Part shown: positions 19,405 to 29,373 of the stretch, in pieces | Layout of the letters: each line of letters begins with the position of its first letter | How positions within the stretch are numbered: the stretch's first letter is position 1 | Assembly (NCBI GenBank): GCA_018819405.1 | Contig: JAHJQF010000001.1 | Location: 513,377 to 577,376 of the forward strand | Length of the DNA: 64,000 nt | Direction of reading: 5' to 3' | Source of the DNA: Patescibacteria group bacterium | GTDB taxonomy: Bacteria > Patescibacteriota > Patescibacteriia > UBA1558 > GWA2-36-10 | The notes under the pieces: model-generated | The model's input: the letters and a program-made list of their open reading frames with translations, nothing else | Told to the model about the DNA's origin: nothing | Databases searched by the model: none | Translations under genes and position numbers: made by a program

Positions 19405-19441
19405 CCGTTAGAAGCCTAGCTCCTTAGCAGGTCTAACTGGG
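19405..19441 (-). mobile_element. Degenerate element (CCCAGTTAG variant)
   Basis: CCGTTAGA ... TCTAACTGGG; 22 bp at 19432-19453 identical to 13750-13771. Confidence 0.6.
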
Positions 19442-19470
19442 TTTATTATAGCAGAGATATCAAATTAATA

Positions 19471-22400
19471 TCAATTAGTTTTTAATTTCCAGCTATTTGG
19501 CCCTAAAAATTTATTTATTTTTTCTTTTAGTTTTTCATCCGGTAGCACTTTAAGGTCGGTTTTTAACTTGCGTATATGGCCATTATGTATTTCCAGATAA
19601 ACTGGGCTAAGTCCGGGATGTTGGTCCAATATTTTTTTGAGCTCAGCCATTTTATCTTTATCAAAACCTTCGGGTAAAACTAGCCAAAGCTTTTTTTCAG
19701 ACAATCCTTTGGCTTTAAAATCTTTGATTGTTTCTGGGTTTATAATTTCTGCTCTTTCGGCAATCACCTTGGGGTGGCCGTCTTTTTCAGAGACCTTGCC
19801 TTCTACCAAAACTCTATTTTCGTCTTTCCATAGATTGAAAGTAGTTTCCAACATGGAAGGGAAGACAATCACTTCAATACTAGAGCTGGAATCTTCTATA
19901 GTGACAAAGAGCATAGCCTGACCTTTGTGAGTGACTATTTTGTGAACAAAAGTAATAATACCAGCTACTCGGACATTGTTTCCGTCTTTGTTTTTTAATT
20001 TATCCAACGGGATAATATATTTTTTGAGTATTTCCAGATCGTTTTTGAAAGGGTGGTCGGATATATAAAGACCCATTAGCTCTTTTTCCCAAGAAAGTTT
20101 AGTATTTTGGTCTATATCATCAAAGTGTTCTAGTTTGAGGGAAAAAGTGGTATTAGCTAGTGGTAAATCGGCAAACAAATTATTTTGTCCGCTTTTATGT
20201 TCATTTTGTATTTTTTTGTTAAATTCCAAAATAGTAATCAAATTTCCCAAAGCTTGTCCGCGATTAGATAATGAATCTAAGGCGCCGGCTTTTATTAGGC
20301 TTTCGAGTGATTTTTTGTTTAGATCCTTATCTTTTATCCTAGAGAGAAAATCCTCCAGAGATTTGTACTGACCGTTCTTTTTTCTTTCAGAGATTATGAC
20401 TTTGGCAATATTGTGTCCAACATTTTTAATAGCATTTAGCCCAAAACGAATTTTTCCTTTTTTGTTTGGATCAGTACTTTCTACCACTGAAAAATTAGAA
20501 AAACTTTCATTGACATCAGGCGGTAAGACATCTATATCCATTTTGCGACATTCTTTTATTTCAATAGTGACCCTGTCAATATTGTCTTGGTCGGCTGTCA
20601 AAAGGGCGGCCATAAAAGCCTCTGGATAGTTAGCTTTTAAATAGGCAGTTTGATAGGCAATCATGGCGTAGCAGGCAGCGTGTGATCTGTTAAAACCATA
20701 TCTGGCAAAAGGCACAATAAATTCCCATATTTTGTTGGCAGTTTTTTTGTCTACGCCGTTATCTATCAAGCCTGATACTACTTTTTCCTCCTGCTCATCG
20801 AGCAGTTCTTTTATTTTTTTACCTACCGCTTTTCTTAATACATCAGCCTGACCGTAGCTAAAACCAGCTAGGTCTCTGACAATTCTCATCAATTGTTCCT
20901 GATATACCGCAATACCATAGGTATTTTTTAGGATCGGTTCCAACTTGGGATGCAAGTAGTTTACTTTTTTTAATCCATGTTTGGCGGCAATAAAATCTGG
21001 GATAAACTCCATCGGTCCTGGGCGGTATAGGGCGACCATAGCAATGATATCTTCTAGCTCAGTTGGTTTGAGCTGTTTGAGGTATCTTTTCATGCCACCG
21101 GATTCTAGTTGGAATACGCCGGTGGTTTCACCTTTTTGGAAAAGATCAAAGGTTTTTTGGTCATCAAGTGGCAAATGATCTATATTAATTTTGGTATTTT
21201 TGGTAGCTTCTACTATCTCGATAGTTTGTTCTAAGATGGTCAGATTTTTGAGGCCCAAAAAATCCATTTTGAGTAAGCCCAGGTCTTCAACTGGGTGCAT
21301 AGAGTATTGGGATATAATAGTTTTATCGTCACCGGAGGCATATTGCAAAGGGGTGTAGTTTGTCAGTGGCTCTTTGGTGATTAGTACGGCACAGGCGTGG
21401 GTAGAGGAGTGGCGAGCTAGACCTTCTAGTTTTTTGGCCATGTCCAATAGTCTTTGTGCTTCAGGATCTTCTTCATATATTCTTTTTAGATCATCGACAT
21501 TGGCCAAAGCTTCCTCCAGAGAAGTAAACATTGGAATCATTTTGGCCAGTTGGTCGCAGTAGCCATAACTATAACCCATCACACGTCCTACGTCTCTGAC
21601 AGCTGCTCGAGCAGCCATAGTACCAAAAGTTATGATTTGGGCTACGTGATCTTTGCCATACTTTTCTTCAACATAGCGGATTACTTCTTCACGTCTGATA
21701 TCGGCAAAATCAAGATCAATATCAGGCATGGATATACGTTCTGGGTTGAGGAATCTTTCAAAAATAAGCTCATACTTGATGGGGTCGATATTGGTGATAT
21801 TTATCAGGTAAGATACCAGCGATCCAGCAGCTGATCCACGACCTGGGCCGACTACTATCTTTTGTTCTTTGGCCCAATTGACAAAATCTTGCACTATCAA
21901 AAAGTAGGCCGCAAAACCAGTCTTAGTTATGATAGAGAGCTCATAATCCAATCTTTCTTTGATATTGGTCGGGATTTGGTCTATCTCGTATCCGTAGCGT
22001 TTTTTTACGCCCAAGAGGCATAATTGTTTTAGCTCTTCCTCGGCACTGTTAGCATTTTGTAACTGGTATTCAGGCAATTGAATAGTGCCCAACTCTATTT
22101 CTATATTGCAACGGTCAGCTAATTTTTGAGTGTTATCAATTGCGGTTTGTATTTCGTCGCCAAATAATTCTTTGACTTTATTTTCAGAAATCATAGAGAA
22201 ATCGTCTCCTAGGTATGACATCCTATCTTCATCCGACTGCTTATGCTTTGTTTGTATACAGAGTAATATATCTTGGGCTTCATTATCATCAGAATTTATG
22301 TAGTGGACATCATTGGTGATAATAAGGGGTATATTATGTTGCTTGGAAATTTTTTTGTATTCTTCATTGACTATTTCTTGTTCACTATCATTTCGGTGTT

Positions 22401-22914
22401 GTAATTCCAAATATAAATGATCATTTCCAAAAATATCTAAGAGTGTCTTGAGATTTTCTTGGACAGTCTGGTGTTGTCCGGCTTTGATGTGGCGAGCCAA
22501 TGGTCCACCTAGACAGGCTGTGGCGGCTATTAATCCTTCTTTGTGTTTTTTTAATATTTCCCAATCTATTCTTGGTTTATAATAAAAACCTTCCAGATGA
22601 GCAATGGTAGTCAATTTGAGAAGGTTTTTGTATCCTTGGTTGTTTTCTGCCAAGAGAATAAGATGATATGGTTTTTCTTTGTGGTTTCTGTCGGATATTG
22701 AACCAGGGGCAACATAACATTCAACACCGATGATCGGTTTTATGCCACTAGCCAGACATTTTTGATAAAATTCTATAGCTCCATACATAACACCATGATC
22801 AGTCAGAGCCAAAGCATTGACTGCCTGCTCTTTAGCCTTTTTTACTAGTTGGTCTATAGTACTCAAGCCATCAAGTAGGCTGTAATGAGAGTGATTATGG
22901 AGGTGAATAAGCAT
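19471..22914 (-). CDS. dnaE: DNA polymerase III alpha subunit
   Basis: HLHNHSHYSLLDG PHP domain, GPGRGSAAGS, MPDIDLDF, KMDFLGL, OB fold. Confidence 0.98.
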   Translation of the reverse strand: MLIHLHNHSHYSLLDGLSTIDQLVKKAKEQAVNALALTDHGVMYGAIEFYQKCLASGIKPIIGVECYVAPGSISDRNHKEKPYHLILLAENNQGYKNLLKLTTIAHLEGFYYKPRIDWEILKKHKEGLIAATACLGGPLARHIKAGQHQTVQENLKTLLDIFGNDHLYLELQHRNDSEQEIVNEEYKKISKQHNIPLIITNDVHYINSDDNEAQDILLCIQTKHKQSDEDRMSYLGDDFSMISENKVKELFGDEIQTAIDNTQKLADRCNIEIELGTIQLPEYQLQNANSAEEELKQLCLLGVKKRYGYEIDQIPTNIKERLDYELSIITKTGFAAYFLIVQDFVNWAKEQKIVVGPGRGSAAGSLVSYLINITNIDPIKYELIFERFLNPERISMPDIDLDFADIRREEVIRYVEEKYGKDHVAQIITFGTMAARAAVRDVGRVMGYSYGYCDQLAKMIPMFTSLEEALANVDDLKRIYEEDPEAQRLLDMAKKLEGLARHSSTHACAVLITKEPLTNYTPLQYASGDDKTIISQYSMHPVEDLGLLKMDFLGLKNLTILEQTIEIVEATKNTKINIDHLPLDDQKTFDLFQKGETTGVFQLESGGMKRYLKQLKPTELEDIIAMVALYRPGPMEFIPDFIAAKHGLKKVNYLHPKLEPILKNTYGIAVYQEQLMRIVRDLAGFSYGQADVLRKAVGKKIKELLDEQEEKVVSGLIDNGVDKKTANKIWEFIVPFARYGFNRSHAACYAMIAYQTAYLKANYPEAFMAALLTADQDNIDRVTIEIKECRKMDIDVLPPDVNESFSNFSVVESTDPNKKGKIRFGLNAIKNVGHNIAKVIISERKKNGQYKSLEDFLSRIKDKDLNKKSLESLIKAGALDSLSNRGQALGNLITILEFNKKIQNEHKSGQNNLFADLPLANTTFSLKLEHFDDIDQNTKLSWEKELMGLYISDHPFKNDLEILKKYIIPLDKLKNKDGNNVRVAGIITFVHKIVTHKGQAMLFVTIEDSSSSIEVIVFPSMLETTFNLWKDENRVLVEGKVSEKDGHPKVIAERAEIINPETIKDFKAKGLSEKKLWLVLPEGFDKDKMAELKKILDQHPGLSPVYLEIHNGHIRKLKTDLKVLPDEKLKEKINKFLGPNSWKLKTN

Positions 22915-22926
22915 AATTTGTTTTTA

Positions 22927-22982
22927 CCCCGTTAAGTCCCGCTTTTCGGGATTTAACGGGAGTAAATATTTAATGGGATGAA
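22927..22982. mobile_element. AAAT-subfamily element with a second degenerate right end
   Basis: CCCCGTTAAGTCCCG...CGGGATTTAACGGG then ATTTAATGGGA-TGAA; just upstream of the dnaE ATG. Confidence 0.6.
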
Positions 22983-23127
22983 TAATAAAACCCGATAACA
23001 CTCGTTAGGGAGATTAAAATTTATCGGGATGTTGATTTATAAAAAATAAATCAAATAATTTGTTTTTGTTTTTGTTTGCCCGAGCGATTTGTGGTGAGCG
23101 TAATTGAATTAAATCGAGGGGTTTTTA

Positions 23128-23424
23128 TTATTTTTTGTTTTTGGAATTTTTTCTGGCGCCTTTTTTTTCGCTGATAGTTTTTATGATTGATTGGGCGCTT
23201 TTGACGAATACAGTCAAAAAAGCGGAAGCATTACCAGCTTTACTTTTGAAATTTTGAACTCCTTCATCAATGCCATTGGCAATATTTTCTATTACTTTTA
23301 GGGTATTATTGAGGCCTTTAATTGTTTTGGCTATTTCATACAGTACCCAAGAGAATAGTATGGCCACTAGAGTTACCGAAAATCCCAGGAGCAAATTTAA
23401 TAAATCTTTTGAATTTTCTAACAT
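23128..23424 (-). CDS. Small membrane/coiled-coil protein (DUF948-like)
   Basis: One TM helix, heptad region, basic tail. Confidence 0.65.
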   Translation of the reverse strand: MLENSKDLLNLLLGFSVTLVAILFSWVLYEIAKTIKGLNNTLKVIENIANGIDEGVQNFKSKAGNASAFLTVFVKSAQSIIKTISEKKGARKNSKNKK

Positions 23425-23525
23425 TTTATTTTTTTTATTTTTTTATTTCGTCTTTATTATAACATAGTAGTTCATATAATGCCAAATCTGGCTTTTGAGA
23501 GTAAAATATTGTATAATATTAAAGT

Positions 23526-24404
23526 ATGGACGAATACAAACCAATTAGTCAAAAAGAATTAGAACGAGGTTATTTTTTCGTTACGCATAGACCTCAAATT
23601 ATAAAAGTATTTTATGGTTTATCCATATTAGTTTTAGCTATTTTATATATTTTTTTGGCTTGGCGTGTTATTACTTACCTACAGGGTGGTAATTTTGAAA
23701 AAGCAGCAGCCAATTTGGAGAACGCGTCTTTTGATTGGGAGACTTATCATATAAAGCGCGCGCCTATAAATCTGGCAATAGGTAAACCTCAATTTATTTC
23801 GTTGGGAGAAAGAAAATATAATTTGGTGGTGCCAATTGTAAACCATAACACAGACTGGGCTTTGCGTGAGTTAAAATATAGTTTTGTGGTCAATGGTGAG
23901 ACTTTACCCGAAGAAAGCACTTTTCTAAATCCGGATGAAACACAATTATTAATTTTATTTTCTCATGAATCAAGTAAGGGTGTAGTTGATTTGGATGTGG
24001 AATTGGGCGAGCAAGACTGGCAGAGGGTTGGACCAAATTTTTATGATATAAATTTTTCTGTATCCAATGTAAAATTTCAGGCTGCTACTAGGCTGGAAGT
24101 TGGCAAAGAGGTGATAGATGTTCCTGCCCGAGTAATTTGGCAAGCCCAAAATATGACCTTAAATAATTTTTGGGATGTGGGCTGGCAGGTAGTTTTGTAT
24201 AATGGTGATAAAATAATTGGTGTTAATTATCTTTTGACTCATGATTTTTTAGCTTTGGAAAAGAGAGAGCTGGAGGTGGTCTGGCTTGACAAATTGCCCC
24301 GAGTGACTAAAGTAGAAGTGTTGCCGGTCATAAATAAAATGGACAAAGGCAATATTAAAGATATTTATGTGGACAACCCGAGCGGCGATTTGATAAATTT
24401 ATGA
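23526..24404 (+). CDS. Membrane-anchored hypothetical protein
   Basis: 292-aa ORF with N-terminal TM helix; ATGA overlap with rodA. Confidence 0.7.
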   Translation: MDEYKPISQKELERGYFFVTHRPQIIKVFYGLSILVLAILYIFLAWRVITYLQGGNFEKAAANLENASFDWETYHIKRAPINLAIGKPQFISLGERKYNLVVPIVNHNTDWALRELKYSFVVNGETLPEESTFLNPDETQLLILFSHESSKGVVDLDVELGEQDWQRVGPNFYDINFSVSNVKFQAATRLEVGKEVIDVPARVIWQAQNMTLNNFWDVGWQVVLYNGDKIIGVNYLLTHDFLALEKRELEVVWLDKLPRVTKVEVLPVINKMDKGNIKDIYVDNPSGDLINL

Positions 24405-25495
24405 GGATTTTTTTAGCCAAATGGCAAAAGATAGACTGGTTGTTATTTTTTGCTGTTCTAATTTTGCTAGTTTTAGGAATTAGCATTTTATATAGTCTTA
24501 GTTTGAATACTGATACGGCAAATTTCGCTGTTTTTAAAAAACAAATACTTTTTGCCTTATCAGGTTTTGTTTTATTTTTTTTCTTAGCCAGTATAAATTA
24601 TAATGTTTGGTTGACTTATGCCAAATTGATTTTTATATTATTTGTATTGGTTCTTTTGTTTGTTTTATTTTTTGGTGTAGAGATAAAAGGTACGACTGGT
24701 TGGTTGTCCGTCGGTCCTTTTGTTTTGCAGCCGGTAGAGTTTGCTAAAATTGCTTTGGTTATAGCTCTGGCCAGATATTTTGCTCATTACGCTAATGAGT
24801 TTTTTATGTTTAAACATATTTTTATTTCTGGTTTACTTACGCTTGCTTTTGTCGGACTAGTTACTCTGCAGCCTGATCTTGGTTCAGCCTTGGTGCTTTT
24901 GGGTACCTGGATAATAATGCTTTTATTTACCGGTATTAAACGTCAGCATTTTTGGTGGCTCTTGGCAGTATTTTTGGTAGTGGTAGTAATAAGCTGGTTT
25001 TTCCTTTTACAATCTTATCAACAGTCTAGAATATTAACTTTCTTCAACCCAGGTCTTGATCCTCAAGGTGAGGGCTACAATGTCATACAGTCAATAATTG
25101 CTGTTGGTTCTGGACAAACTTTTGGCAGAGGTCTAGCTCTAGGCTCACAAAGTAGCTTGAGATTTTTGCCTGAGCCGGGCACAGATTTTATATTTGCCGT
25201 AATTGCTGAGGATTTAGGTTTGGTGGGAACAGGTTTGTTGTTAGCCTTATTTGCTTTTATATTTTATAGATTATTTTTGATAATGAGGAAAAGTCAGGAT
25301 GATTTTGGAGCTTATCTGATATTGGGTATTGCAGCTATGCTTTTGGTACAGACTTTTATAAATATTGGTATGAATATGGGAATATCACCGGTTACAGGTA
25401 TTCCTTTACCCTTAGTTTCAGCTGGCGGTAGTTCAGTCTGGGCTGTAATGATCGCTTTGGGTATAGCACAAAGTGTGCATTTGAGGAATGGATAA
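24401..25495 (+). CDS. rodA: SEDS peptidoglycan glycosyltransferase RodA
   Basis: QPVEFAK, QPDLGS, GYNVIQSIIAVGSG, TDFIFAV, PVTGIPLPLVSAGGS. Confidence 0.93.
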   Translation: MRIFLAKWQKIDWLLFFAVLILLVLGISILYSLSLNTDTANFAVFKKQILFALSGFVLFFFLASINYNVWLTYAKLIFILFVLVLLFVLFFGVEIKGTTGWLSVGPFVLQPVEFAKIALVIALARYFAHYANEFFMFKHIFISGLLTLAFVGLVTLQPDLGSALVLLGTWIIMLLFTGIKRQHFWWLLAVFLVVVVISWFFLLQSYQQSRILTFFNPGLDPQGEGYNVIQSIIAVGSGQTFGRGLALGSQSSLRFLPEPGTDFIFAVIAEDLGLVGTGLLLALFAFIFYRLFLIMRKSQDDFGAYLILGIAAMLLVQTFINIGMNMGISPVTGIPLPLVSAGGSSVWAVMIALGIAQSVHLRNG

Positions 25496-25565
25496 TAAGT
25501 TCTTGACAGTGGACCCTTTTTATGATTAAATAGAGCCACTGTGTTTTTAATTTATAAGAAAAAAT

Positions 25566-26246
25566 ATGGCAGAATTTGTACTAGAAGCAAAAGAACGTAA
25601 GACTGGCACTCAAGGTCAGTTGACAGAAATCCGTGATTCAAAAAGAGTCCCAGGAGTTATTTATGGCTTTTCTCAGGAGCCAATATCTATTGATTTGGCT
25701 TATTTGGAGCTACTAAAAGTGCTCAAAGAAGCTGGAACTAGCAATATTATTTCTATAAAAGTTGGAGATAAAACCATCAAAGTTATTGTCCGTGAATACC
25801 AACAGGATCCTGTCAAAGACACTTTGTCACATGTTGATTTTATGGCTATTGATGAGAAAAAAGAGCTTACTACCAAAGTGCCATTGGCCTTTGTAGGAAT
25901 CTCGACTGCTGTGCGTGAGCAAGGTGGTCAGGTAAATACCAAAAATATTTCAGTTAATGTGCGATGTTTGCCAGCTGATTTACCAGCTAAGATAGATGTG
26001 GATGTCAGTTTATTGAAAGAGCTTGGTCAGAAATTGATTATTTCAGATCTACAAGTAGATGATAAAGTAAATATTTTGAATAACCCAAATGATCCAGTAG
26101 TTGATGTTACTTTGCCGAAGAAAATTAAAATTGAAGAAGTGGCTACTCCTGTTGCTGGTGCTGAAGGCGAAACTAAAGAAGGTGAAGAAGGCGAAACTAA
26201 AGAAGGTGAAGAAGGCGAAACTAAAGAAGGTGAAGATAAAAAATAG
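25566..26246 (+). CDS. rplY: 50S ribosomal protein L25/Ctc
   Basis: VPGVIYG, Q.DPV....HVDF, VPL, CLP.DLP.KI.VDVS. Confidence 0.95.
   Translation: MAEFVLEAKERKTGTQGQLTEIRDSKRVPGVIYGFSQEPISIDLAYLELLKVLKEAGTSNIISIKVGDKTIKVIVREYQQDPVKDTLSHVDFMAIDEKKELTTKVPLAFVGISTAVREQGGQVNTKNISVNVRCLPADLPAKIDVDVSLLKELGQKLIISDLQVDDKVNILNNPNDPVVDVTLPKKIKIEEVATPVAGAEGETKEGEEGETKEGEEGETKEGEDKK
26163..26234 (+). repeat. Perfect 3 x 24-bp tandem repeat in the L25 acidic tail
   Basis: GAAGGCGAAACTAAAGAAGGTGAA x3 (EGETKEGE). Confidence 0.95.
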
Positions 26247-26296
26247 CCTCGTTGAATACCATTTTGTGGTATTTGCAGGGCAAATATTTGACGGGT
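26247..26296 (+). mobile_element. Diverged 50-bp AAAT-subfamily element
   Basis: Colinear without gaps with the reverse complement of 17055-17104; substitutions are compensatory. Confidence 0.75.
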
Positions 26297-26299
26297 TAA

Positions 26300-27340
26300 A
26301 TGTTAAATCATCAAATAAAAATATATTTATTAATAACTGTCATTTTTATGGCAGTTATTTTGTTATATTTGGGCTTGAGAGACTTATTTAAAGACCAACA
26401 AGCTGTCTCTATGCCAACAGAGCAAAAACAGGAAGAAAATAGGTCTGATTTTAAGAGAAATCCTTTGACTGGATTGGAGCAGAAAGCTGATTTTTTTCCT
26501 ATTTCTATCATGTTTGACAATTCATATAATGTCCGACCTCAGCAGGGTTTGTCTGGAGCAGATATCGTCTATGAGGCATTAGCTGAAGGCAACATCACCA
26601 GAATAATGGGAGTTTTTGATAGCACTAAGTCGCTTGAAAAGATTGGACCAGTTAGGTCGGCTAGACCATATTTTATGGACTGGGCCGGGGAGTATGGTGG
26701 AGTTTATATGCATGTTGGTGGCAGTCCAGAGGCACTGACTAATATTTCCAAATATGATTTTATAAATATTGATCAGATTGGGGCTAGTGAAATTTATTTT
26801 TGGCGCGACAATAATCTTGACGCACCTCATAATGTGTTTACCTCATCTTCAAATTGGTTGAGAATAGGGGAGATAAAAGATGTGGCCAATATAGACAGAG
26901 AAACATTTTTTACTTATGTAGATTTTCCGGACCAGTATCCCAAAGAAAGATCATATATGCCACCACTGTCATTTATAGTAGATTTTTCATCCAATGATTA
27001 CAAAGTAGAATGGAAATTCAATGAAGCACTCAATGTGTATCAGAGATGGCAGGGTGATGAAAAACATCTTTATGAAAATGGTCAGCAGATAGCTGTCAAA
27101 AATGTGCTTGTTCAAGTGGCCAAATCTAGGATTATAGATGACAAAGAAAGACGCAGTATGGATAATAAAACTAGCGGAATAGCCTATCTAGTCAATCCGT
27201 ACGGATACCAGACTGGCACTTGGCAGTACAAAGATGGTTATACTTATTTTTATAAGGATGATGGAAATCCTATGGAATTTGTACCAGGTAAAACCTGGAT
27301 AGAGGTAGTGCCTAGTACAGAATCCTTTATTATAGAATAA
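26300..27340 (+). CDS. DUF3048 family protein
   Basis: PLTG, DN...RPQ.GL..ADIVYE..AEG.ITR, IGPVRSAR, APHNV, PGKTW. Confidence 0.9.
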   Translation: MLNHQIKIYLLITVIFMAVILLYLGLRDLFKDQQAVSMPTEQKQEENRSDFKRNPLTGLEQKADFFPISIMFDNSYNVRPQQGLSGADIVYEALAEGNITRIMGVFDSTKSLEKIGPVRSARPYFMDWAGEYGGVYMHVGGSPEALTNISKYDFINIDQIGASEIYFWRDNNLDAPHNVFTSSSNWLRIGEIKDVANIDRETFFTYVDFPDQYPKERSYMPPLSFIVDFSSNDYKVEWKFNEALNVYQRWQGDEKHLYENGQQIAVKNVLVQVAKSRIIDDKERRSMDNKTSGIAYLVNPYGYQTGTWQYKDGYTYFYKDDGNPMEFVPGKTWIEVVPSTESFIIE

Positions 27341-27414
27341 TTTATCCCCTAAACATCAATGTTTAGGGGTTTTTTGAAATAAATTTATAATTTTAGCGTA
27401 GTATAGTATATAAG

Positions 27415-27488
27415 AGGAGAGGTTGAGTAAAATTAAAAGGGTCAGAATGAGAAACTCAACCGCCTCCTTTGGCCCTTTTAATTTTATT
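27415..27488 (+). promoter_or_regulatory. Structured 5' leader with two interleaved helices
   Basis: 27415-27428 pairs with 27454-27468; 27428-27446 pairs with 27468-27486; TATAGT just upstream. Confidence 0.5.
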
Positions 27489-27502
27489 TGCTAATCAAAA
27501 TT

Positions 27503-29368
27503 ATGAAATTTAAAAATCCATTTATCCTTATTTGGAAACACAAGATTATTTCTTTACTTGTTTTGGTCGTTTTATCAGGCAGCGGTTATTTTTTTTATGG
27601 TCGTTTACACAAGACCGAAGCAAGTATAAATTATGTGACCCAAACTGCTTCAAAAGGCATGTTAGTTTCTAGTGTCAGTGGCAGTGGTCAAGTATCTTCA
27701 TCTAACCAGGTAGATATTAAGCCAAAAGTATCGGGAGATGTGATAGCTGTCAGCATGACAGTTGGTCAGGAAGTAAAAAAAGACGATGTTTTGGCCAAAA
27801 TAGATAGCGGCGATGCTTATAGACAGTATAATGATGCTAGAATCACCTACGAAAATGCTAAGTTGGAATTGGATGAGCTTTTGGCACCGCCTGATGATTC
27901 TGATTTACTCTCAGCCAAAAATTCTTTGGCTGATGCCCAGGATAGTCTGATCAAATTAGAGTTTAATCAAACACAGGATTATAATCAGGCGCAAAAAGAT
28001 ATTACAGACGCTGAAAAAGATCTTGAGGATTCATATGATGATATATACAATGACATATCTGATGCTTTTTTGGATTTTCCAGATATTTTGACGGAATTAA
28101 ATACGGTACTTTTTAGTGATGAAATTGCTGACAGTGAAGTGACTATAAATAATATTTCCAATAATTATGCCTTAGAAAATGCTTTCAACAACAATCATTA
28201 TGATGAAAGATCGCGTTTTGAAAGCTACATAGATGTAGCTGAAAACAATTATCAATCAGCCAAAGATAGTTATGATGTTAGCTTTGATAACTATAGAGAT
28301 ATTAGCCGTTATTCTAATAAGGATACTATAGAAAATCTATTAAGTGAGAGCATAGATACAGCTAAGAAAATTTCTGATGCTTTGAAAAGTCAAATAAATA
28401 TGCTTGATTTTTGGGTAGAGTATCGTATTGATAAAAACTTGTCCGTTTATAGTCAAGTTACTCAATATCAATCTGCGCTAGCTAGCTATACTTCTCAAGC
28501 TAATAGCCATTTAAGCGGTTTATTATCTGTAGAGCGTAGTTTAGACAATGCTAAACAAAGTATTGATGATGCCAAGGAAAATTTTGAGGAATTGAAACAA
28601 AACCAACCTCTTGATTTAGCATCTGCTGAGAGAAATTTAGTCGCCAAGCAACAAAATTTAGATGATCTTTTGGCTGGAGCTACAACTCTAGAAATAAAAA
28701 ATAAACAATTAAGCGTTCAACAAAAATATAATTCTTTTTTGGAGGCTAGTTCGGATTTAGCTGATCATTCTATCAAAGCGCCTTTTGATGGTGTGATTGC
28801 CTCAGTTGATGTGGTAGTTGGTGATACCGTTGGTTCTTCAGCTATAGCTTCTTTGATAACCAAACAAAATATTGCGGAAATTACTTTGAATGAAATTGAT
28901 GCCGCTCAGGTCAAGGTCGGTCAAAAAGTCACACTCACTTTTGATGCGGTGGAGGATTTGTCAGTAACAGGTGAAGTAGCTGAAGTAGATGCTATTGGTG
29001 AAGTGAATCAGGGAGTAGTGAGCTATGGTGTAAAAATTGTTTTTGATATTCAGGATGATAGAATAAAATCAGGTATGAGTACTAGTGTAAATATAATTAT
29101 AGAATCTAAAACAGATATTTTGTTAATACCTATTGGGGCGGTAAAAACGCAAGGATCTAGTAGTTATGTGGAGATAATGGATAATGGTCAGATAAAGCGT
29201 CAGACAGTAACCACTGGTCTAAGTAATGACACGATGATAGAAATTATTGATGGTTTGGAAGAAACTCAGGAAGTAGTGACCCAGACAATCAGTTCAGGTG
29301 GTTCATCTAGCAATACCAGTGGTAGTCAATCCGGACCAGATGAGAGGATGATGCTTAGGGCATTTTAA
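27503..29368 (+). CDS. MacA/HlyD-type periplasmic adaptor subunit
   Basis: TM anchor, VSGSG, IKAPFDG, E.D...VKVGQ, IKSGM, TGLSN; long coiled insert; start set to ATG 27503. Confidence 0.85.
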   Translation: MKFKNPFILIWKHKIISLLVLVVLSGSGYFFYGRLHKTEASINYVTQTASKGMLVSSVSGSGQVSSSNQVDIKPKVSGDVIAVSMTVGQEVKKDDVLAKIDSGDAYRQYNDARITYENAKLELDELLAPPDDSDLLSAKNSLADAQDSLIKLEFNQTQDYNQAQKDITDAEKDLEDSYDDIYNDISDAFLDFPDILTELNTVLFSDEIADSEVTINNISNNYALENAFNNNHYDERSRFESYIDVAENNYQSAKDSYDVSFDNYRDISRYSNKDTIENLLSESIDTAKKISDALKSQINMLDFWVEYRIDKNLSVYSQVTQYQSALASYTSQANSHLSGLLSVERSLDNAKQSIDDAKENFEELKQNQPLDLASAERNLVAKQQNLDDLLAGATTLEIKNKQLSVQQKYNSFLEASSDLADHSIKAPFDGVIASVDVVVGDTVGSSAIASLITKQNIAEITLNEIDAAQVKVGQKVTLTFDAVEDLSVTGEVAEVDAIGEVNQGVVSYGVKIVFDIQDDRIKSGMSTSVNIIIESKTDILLIPIGAVKTQGSSSYVEIMDNGQIKRQTVTTGLSNDTMIEIIDGLEETQEVVTQTISSGGSSSNTSGSQSGPDERMMLRAF

Positions 29369-29373
29369 AATAT

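Noticed and set aside
19637-21834. Multiple plus-strand ORFs inside dnaE (and similar antisense ORFs in guaB, gap, fadD and pro genes)
   Set aside because: Antisense shadows of well-supported genes, with no motifs or RBS.
26163-26234. L25 tail tandem repeat as a functional repeat locus
   Set aside because: In-frame low-complexity acidic tail typical of L25/Ctc; likely slippage.
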